Source: an uncultured Candidatus Saccharibacteria bacterium
Lineage (GTDB): Bacteria; Patescibacteriota; UBA1384; 2-12-FULL-50-11
Direction: 5' to 3'
NCBI GenBank assembly: GCA_964599405.1
Contig: CAZRED010000002.1
Coordinates: 44,198 to 108,197, forward strand
DNA: 64,000 nucleotides
In this document: positions 59,289 through 64,000 of the stretch, in pieces
Numbering within the stretch: position 1 is the first letter of the stretch
How the letters are laid out: every line of letters begins with the position of its first letter
Notes under the pieces: model-generated
What the model was told of the DNA's origin: nothing
The model's database searches: none
What the model saw: the letters and a program-made list of their open reading frames with translations, nothing else
Program-made: the position numbers and the translations under genes

Positions 59289-59291
59289 CTA

Positions 59292-60452
59292 ATGGACGCG
59301 AAGATTACCAAACCGCCGTTTTTTGTTGCCGCTAGTTTGGCGGTGGTTCTACTTTCGATACTAGGTACTTTTGCCACATTGTATTTTTTGTCGGCCACTC
59401 CTACCGGCGAAGCGATACGCAGCCGATTAGGTCTGGATAATCTGGAGACCTTCAATATCCAAACCAGCCGCACCGACAAAATTATCGTGGAAGAATCGTC
59501 AGCCATTATTGATGCCAGTAAGAAAATTAGCCAAGCAGTCGTTAGTATCAACGGCAAGGGAGCCCCGGTGGCCAGCTTTTTTGGCATTCAAACTCCCGAA
59601 ACAGCCGGTACCGGCTTTATCGTCACTAGCGACGGTCTGGTTGCCACCAATAAACATGTCATTGCTGATTTGGTGACTTTTACGGTGACCACTTCTGAAG
59701 GCAAGAGCTATCCTGGGACGGTGGTAGCGAAAGACCCGGCTTCGGATTTTGCGTTAGTTAAAATTGATGCTCGCGGTCTGCCAGTAGCCGAACTAGGCGA
59801 TTCCGACAGGTTAGATGTTGGTCAGTGGGTAATTGCCGTTGGCAACGCCTTGGGCGAGTTTCGTAACTCAGTTACAGTTGGGGTGATTTCGGCGTTGGAA
59901 CGGTTAGCTAACCCTAGCGACAGTAACGGCACAACCGAGGCGCTCGACGGCCTGATTCAAACCGACGCGGCGATTAACCCAGGTAATTCCGGCGGCCCAC
60001 TGGTCAATTTAGCCGGACAAGTGATTGGCATTAATACCGCCATTGCCGGAGATGGTCAGAATATCGGCTTTGCTATCCAAGTGAACGATTTGAAAAAAGC
60101 GCTGGATTCCTACCGCAAGAACGGCGCCATCATCCGGCCGTACATTGGTGTTCGTTATCAAACCATTACCAAAGCGATTGCCGCTTCGTTGGAGCTGCCA
60201 GTGGAAGAGGGGGCACTAGTGGTGGCGGGAACCGGGGCACCAGCCGTAGCACCTGGTTCGCCAGCTGAAGCGGCCGGGCTGAAAGATAAAGACATTATTA
60301 CCAGGGTTGATAACCGAACAGTCACGGAAACGACGCCTCTGGCGCGGGTAATTCGGGAGTACCAGCCCGGCAATAAAGTGGTGTTAACGATATTGCGTAA
60401 CGGCGCCACGATGACAGTGGAGCTGACGCTCGGCGAACTGAAAGGTAACTAA
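59292..60452 (+). CDS. htrA: HtrA/DegP-family serine protease with PDZ domain
   Basis: Catalytic triad context (TNKHV; D; GNSGGPLVN) plus a C-terminal PDZ. N-terminal TM anchor. Confidence 0.85.
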   Translation: MDAKITKPPFFVAASLAVVLLSILGTFATLYFLSATPTGEAIRSRLGLDNLETFNIQTSRTDKIIVEESSAIIDASKKISQAVVSINGKGAPVASFFGIQTPETAGTGFIVTSDGLVATNKHVIADLVTFTVTTSEGKSYPGTVVAKDPASDFALVKIDARGLPVAELGDSDRLDVGQWVIAVGNALGEFRNSVTVGVISALERLANPSDSNGTTEALDGLIQTDAAINPGNSGGPLVNLAGQVIGINTAIAGDGQNIGFAIQVNDLKKALDSYRKNGAIIRPYIGVRYQTITKAIAASLELPVEEGALVVAGTGAPAVAPGSPAEAAGLKDKDIITRVDNRTVTETTPLARVIREYQPGNKVVLTILRNGATMTVELTLGELKGN

Positions 60453-61306
60453 ACCTTGAGCGGTAGGAAAAAGGCGTAGCGGTCGTAACCGGCCAAGTCT
60501 TTTTCAATCACCACTTCGTGACTGGGGAGAAATTGGTTAGCTAGAGCTTTCACTGGTTCACCGTGGGTGTGCCACATCTCAATGGCGGCGATGCCATCCG
60601 GAGCGAGATAGTCCGAGAGCTGTTCGATAAACGGCGTAATATACTTCAGACCGTCAATACCGGCTTCTATCGCTACCATCGGCTCCCAATCAAGAATTTG
60701 GTCGGTTATAAAGGCCAGTCGCTCGGTCGGGACGTACGGCAAGTTCGCAATAACCAAATCGTATTGGTTCTTCGGAACTTTTTCGAATAAATTACTCTCG
60801 ATAAATTCAATGTCAACGCCGTGGGTATTGGCATTTTCTTCGGCTAGCTCGAGGGCGTCGGCGGAAATATCAGTCGCTGTCACGGTCGCATCGGGAAAGA
60901 ATTTTTTCAAACTGATGGCAATTGGCCCGGAACCGGTGCCAATTTCCAGAAAATGCTTTTCTTGCAAGTGAAAGTCTTTGATCTGCTTATTCACTAATTC
61001 CACCAGAAATTCGGTTTCGGGCCTCGGGATTAGGCCACGTTTGTCGCTGCGCAGTTTTAGGCCCATAAACGGCTGCTCTTCCAGAATGTAGCCGAGTGGG
61101 CAGCCCTGGAGGCGTTTGGCGACCATTTTTTCCAGGGCGACACCGACGGCGGGCGGGACTTCCTCTTCTGGGTGGGTATTCAGCCAAGCACTATCTTGAT
61201 GGAGGATTTTACCCAGCATAAAGCCGGTTTCTCGTTCGCCGTGGATGTAACCGTTATCACGTAACTGGTCGGTAGCGTCACGAAGTAAGTCTTCAACGGT
61301 CATCAA
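60449..61306 (-). CDS. prmC: release factor glutamine methyltransferase PrmC (HemK)
   Basis: SAM motif and NLPYVPT. Downstream of prfA. Confidence 0.85.
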   Translation of the reverse strand: MMTVEDLLRDATDQLRDNGYIHGERETGFMLGKILHQDSAWLNTHPEEEVPPAVGVALEKMVAKRLQGCPLGYILEEQPFMGLKLRSDKRGLIPRPETEFLVELVNKQIKDFHLQEKHFLEIGTGSGPIAISLKKFFPDATVTATDISADALELAEENANTHGVDIEFIESNLFEKVPKNQYDLVIANLPYVPTERLAFITDQILDWEPMVAIEAGIDGLKYITPFIEQLSDYLAPDGIAAIEMWHTHGEPVKALANQFLPSHEVVIEKDLAGYDRYAFFLPLKV

Positions 61307-62171
61307 TACCTAGATTGGCCAACCGTAAGCTTTCGACGATATTTTCTAAATCGCCGTCCATAATTTTCTCAATATTGTGCCAACTTTTATTAATCCGGTG
61401 GTCGGTAACCCGGCTCTGGGGGAAATTATAGGTGCGGATTTTGTCGCTGCGATCGCCAGATTTAATCATATCACGCCGAGCGCTACCGATTTCTTGGGAC
61501 TGTTTTTCCTGTTCGAATTCCCACAGCCTGGAGCGCAGCACGTTCATGGCTTTTTCTTTGTTTTGAAGCTGGCTGCGGCCGTCTTGGCAAGTAACCACCA
61601 GGCCGGTGGGGATATGGGTGATTCGCACTGCCGAATCGGTGGTATTAACGCCTTGACCCCCATGGCCGCCCGAGCGGTAAACATCAATACGTAATTCGTC
61701 GTTTTTTATTTGGATATCAACGTCTTTAGCTTCCGGTAGTATGACGACACTGGCGGCGGAGGTGTGAACCCGGCCGGATTTCTCGGTTCTAGGCACTCGC
61801 TGAACCCGGTGAACGCCCCCCTCGAAGCGCAGTTTGGCGTAGGCGCCTTGGCCAACAACTCGGGCTGTTAGCGACTTTACCCCACCCAACTCAGACTGGT
61901 TAAGTTCGATTATCTCTAATTTCCAACCCTGGGTGTGAGTGTAGCGTTCGTACATTCGCAGTAGCTCTTTGGCAAACAGCTCGGACTCGTCGCCGCCACT
62001 ACCGGCACGGATTTCCAGCACCACATTGCGGGAGTTAACTGGGTCGAGAGCGTCGAGTTCGTTCTTCAACTTAGCCACTTCTTCCTGGGCTAACTCTAAG
62101 ATATCTCGATCAGCTGCTTCTTTCAGCAGTTGTTCGGCTTCCGCCAAGCGTTTTTTGATTTCTTCAATCAT
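61293..62171 (-). CDS. prfA: peptide chain release factor 1 (short form, N-terminal domain reduced)
   Basis: GGQ motif and [18 protein letters not shown] (PxT tripeptide, RF1-type). 292 aa versus ~360 in E. coli. Classic prfA-prmC arrangement. Confidence 0.8.
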   Translation of the reverse strand: MIEEIKKRLAEAEQLLKEAADRDILELAQEEVAKLKNELDALDPVNSRNVVLEIRAGSGGDESELFAKELLRMYERYTHTQGWKLEIIELNQSELGGVKSLTARVVGQGAYAKLRFEGGVHRVQRVPRTEKSGRVHTSAASVVILPEAKDVDIQIKNDELRIDVYRSGGHGGQGVNTTDSAVRITHIPTGLVVTCQDGRSQLQNKEKAMNVLRSRLWEFEQEKQSQEIGSARRDMIKSGDRSDKIRTYNFPQSRVTDHRINKSWHNIEKIMDGDLENIVESLRLANLGIDDR

Positions 62172-62212
62172 TATTGTTATTCTAACAGGTTTAGAAACCT
62201 AAATCATTGTTT

Positions 62213-62354
62213 TTTGCAGAGGACAGGGGGACTAGTTGCGAAGCGTCCCCCTACCCTCTGCACTCCCACCCCCGCACGCTGCCCCGGGCGGGTGGAGCAA
62301 AAGCTGGCTCACGGACCTGCTGTGGGTCAGGCTCGCCGCTTTTGCGCTTTTTCG
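62213..62354 (+). repeat. copy B of the structured element (partner 49286..49420)
   Basis: Same hairpin with compensatory changes (GGGGGAC…GUCCCCC versus GGGGGCU…AGCCCCC). Conserved ACUCCCACCCCCGCACGC. Ends in GCCGCUUUUGCGCUUUUU. Begins about 45 nt from the prfA start on the opposite strand and about 200 nt upstream of rpmE. Confidence 0.7.
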
Positions 62355-62551
62355 TGTAAGGGCAGATGTTATTCGAAAAGTGTGTCGGAGACACTTTTGC
62401 TTGGTGTCGCTAATGCGACAAAAGTGTTGAGACGCAAGCCGCCGGTTTCGCTGGAAAACTGGACGGCGTCTTTGAGAGTAATATCTGCCCGCCACCCCGC
62501 CAACCTGTTGATTACCATATTTTGTTCTGTTACAATTTCTTGGTAAATACG

Positions 62552-62776
62552 ATGAAAAAAGACATCCACCCAGAGTACTATCCGCAGGCCAAAATCACTT
62601 GCTCGTGCGGCAACACCTTCACCCTCGGCGCTACTGTGCCGGAATTGCGCGTGGAAATCTGCTCTAACTGCCACCCGCTCTACACCGGTAAAGCCAAGTT
62701 TGTGGACACCGCTGGCCGCTTGGATCGCTTCAAAGCCCGTTTGGAGAAAGTCCAGACCAAAAAGGAGACTAAGTAA
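62552..62776 (+). CDS. rpmE: 50S ribosomal protein L31
   Basis: MKKDIHPEYYPQAKITCSCGNTF… with the CxxC…C zinc-ribbon form. Confidence 0.85.
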   Translation: MKKDIHPEYYPQAKITCSCGNTFTLGATVPELRVEICSNCHPLYTGKAKFVDTAGRLDRFKARLEKVQTKKETK

Positions 62777-63630
62777 TGGGTATCCCAACGCTCGTTGAGC
62801 TAGCGGAAGCCGGCGCCCATTTCGGTCATCATCGCTCCCTGACTTTTCCGAAAGCCAAAGAGTTTGTTTACGTAGTCAAAAGCAATGTGGCACTTATTAA
62901 CCTGGAAAAAACACAACAGGCGCTAGAGACAGCCCAGCAGGTAATTCAGGAGCATCTCGCTGCCAATAAGCCAATTTTATTTGTCGGCACCAAACGCTCG
63001 GTTCGCAACATTACCAAAACCGCCGCTGAAGCGGTTAATTCCCCGTATATTACCGAGCGTTGGTTTGGCGGGATGCTGACTAACTTCTTGACGATGCGTG
63101 AAAACATCAAGCGGATGAACGAGCAAGAAGAATTTCTAGCTAGTGAAAAAGCCCAGAAGCTAAGCAAAAAAGAACGGCTAGTATTAGAGAACAAACTTGA
63201 GCGAACCAAGCGTTTCCTGGGCGGCGTGGCGACACTTAAAGATATCCCGGCGCTGATTGTGCTGGCCAGTGCTAGCGAAGATAAAATTGCCATCGAAGAA
63301 GCCAATCAGTTGGGCGTGCCGGTGGTTTCGATTACCGATACCGACATGAACCCAGATTTAATTACTTACCCAATTCCCGCCAACGATGACGCTCCGAAAG
63401 CCGTTGAGCTGATTTTGCAGACAATAATTACTCCTTCCAGCAAGAAAGTTGCCAAAATTGCCCCAGCAGAAGCTGAAGAACTAGTAGAAAAAGCACCAAC
63501 AGCCAAAAAGACAGTTATCAAAAAGGCTACAGCAGTCAAAAAAGTAGTTGCCAAGAAGCCTGCCGCAAAGAAACCGATAGCGAAAGCAGCTAAAAAAGTT
63601 GCTAAAAAAGCCGTAACCAAGAAAAAGTAA
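62776..63630 (+). CDS. rpsB: 30S ribosomal protein S2 with Lys/Ala-rich C-terminal extension
   Basis: LAEAGAHFGHHRS… and the S2 core. An H1-like C-terminal tail of about 60 aa (…KKTVIKKATAVKKVVAKKPAAKKPIAKAAKKVAKKAVTKKK). Confidence 0.85.
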   Translation: MGIPTLVELAEAGAHFGHHRSLTFPKAKEFVYVVKSNVALINLEKTQQALETAQQVIQEHLAANKPILFVGTKRSVRNITKTAAEAVNSPYITERWFGGMLTNFLTMRENIKRMNEQEEFLASEKAQKLSKKERLVLENKLERTKRFLGGVATLKDIPALIVLASASEDKIAIEEANQLGVPVVSITDTDMNPDLITYPIPANDDAPKAVELILQTIITPSSKKVAKIAPAEAEELVEKAPTAKKTVIKKATAVKKVVAKKPAAKKPIAKAAKKVAKKAVTKKK

Positions 63631-64000
63631 TGGCCGTCACAGTTGACCAAATTAAATCACTACGAGCTAAGACGGGCCTCGGTATTAACGATGTTAAATC
63701 GGCTCTGGAAGAAACCGGTGGCGACGAAGCCAAAGCGATCGCTTGGCTGAAGGAAAAGGGTCTTTCGACGGTAGCCAAAAAGGCTGACCGCTCCACCTCC
63801 CAGGGTTTAATTGACGTTTACGCCCATGCCGGGCGGATTGGCGCGATGGTAGAAGTGAACTGCGAAACCGATTTTGTCGCCCGTAACGACGACTTTAAAG
63901 CTTTCGTCCACGATCTCGCCTTGCAAGTGGCTTCAATGAACCCGGAAAACGTTGACGAACTGCTCAAGCAAGAGTTCTTCAAAGATCCGGCTCTGACAAT
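63630..64000 (+). CDS. tsf: elongation factor Ts (3' end outside window)
   Basis: UBA-like N-terminus MAVTVDQIKSLRAKTGLGINDVKSALEETGGD… and the start of the dimerisation domain. Confidence 0.85.
   Translation, partial: MAVTVDQIKSLRAKTGLGINDVKSALEETGGDEAKAIAWLKEKGLSTVAKKADRSTSQGLIDVYAHAGRIGAMVEVNCETDFVARNDDFKAFVHDLALQVASMNPENVDELLKQEFFKDPALT

Noticed and set aside
61293-62230. Short release factor as RF2 with programmed +1 frameshift
   Set aside because: The tripeptide motif is PxT (RF1-type). There is no upstream CUU-UGA-C shift site or N-terminal coding segment; upstream sequence is the structured repeat.

Overview
This 64-kb window reads as a gene-dense bacterial chromosomal segment, about 50 % GC with short intergenic spacers. 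The small genes, the type IV pilus locus without a secretin, and several minimal or divergent housekeeping proteins are compatible with a reduced-genome lineage such as Patescibacteria (CPR); this lineage call is inference only. The backbone genes are hisS-ileS, murA, dnaX-dnaB-pcrA, rsmA-rsmI, metG, tatD, mnmA, a C-terminal processing protease, lemA-htpX-ligA, gatC-gatA-(2 inserted genes)-gatB, htrA, prfA-prmC, and rpmE-rpsB-tsf.

A complete minus-strand type IV pilus locus (PilB-PilC-PilM-PilN-PilO plus three pilin-like genes) is present with no PilQ, and its PilB carries an N-terminal HU/IHF-like DNA-binding domain.

The most unusual region is an AT-richer island of about 9 kb (11.5-20.5 kb) that encodes:
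- a Nudix hydrolase;
- a nucleotidyltransferase/P-loop-kinase fusion;
- a truncated alanyl-tRNA-synthetase catalytic-core paralog with a Cys-rich insertion;
- an S51 (peptidase E-like) peptidase;
- an archaeal-type S-adenosylmethionine synthetase;
- an NDK-fold protein;
- a Lnu-like small-molecule nucleotidyltransferase;
- a HEAT-repeat protein;
- a myo-inositol-1-phosphate-synthase-family enzyme;
- a FeeM/autoinducer-synthase-like GNAT;
- a stand-alone ThiF/E1-like enzyme.

Together these look like a candidate aminoacyl-nucleotide or cyclitol small-molecule pathway, or an undescribed nucleotide-based system. The alternative is a patchwork of horizontally acquired housekeeping replacements.

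Other non-obvious structures:
- A pair of roughly 140-bp inverted repeats brackets a 2.7-kb eamA-tatD-CAP segment.
- A two-copy structured element of about 135 nt shows compensatory base changes (upstream of htpX and of rpmE).
- An imperfect duplication of the ligA 3' end flanks a divergent ClpP-like protease, suggesting an integrated-element remnant.
- Clustered palindromic operators lie next to an XRE regulator.
- A two-gene cassette (small membrane protein plus a protein with an HEPN-like Rx4H motif) is inserted inside the gatCAB operon.

No rRNA, tRNA or CRISPR array was recognised.
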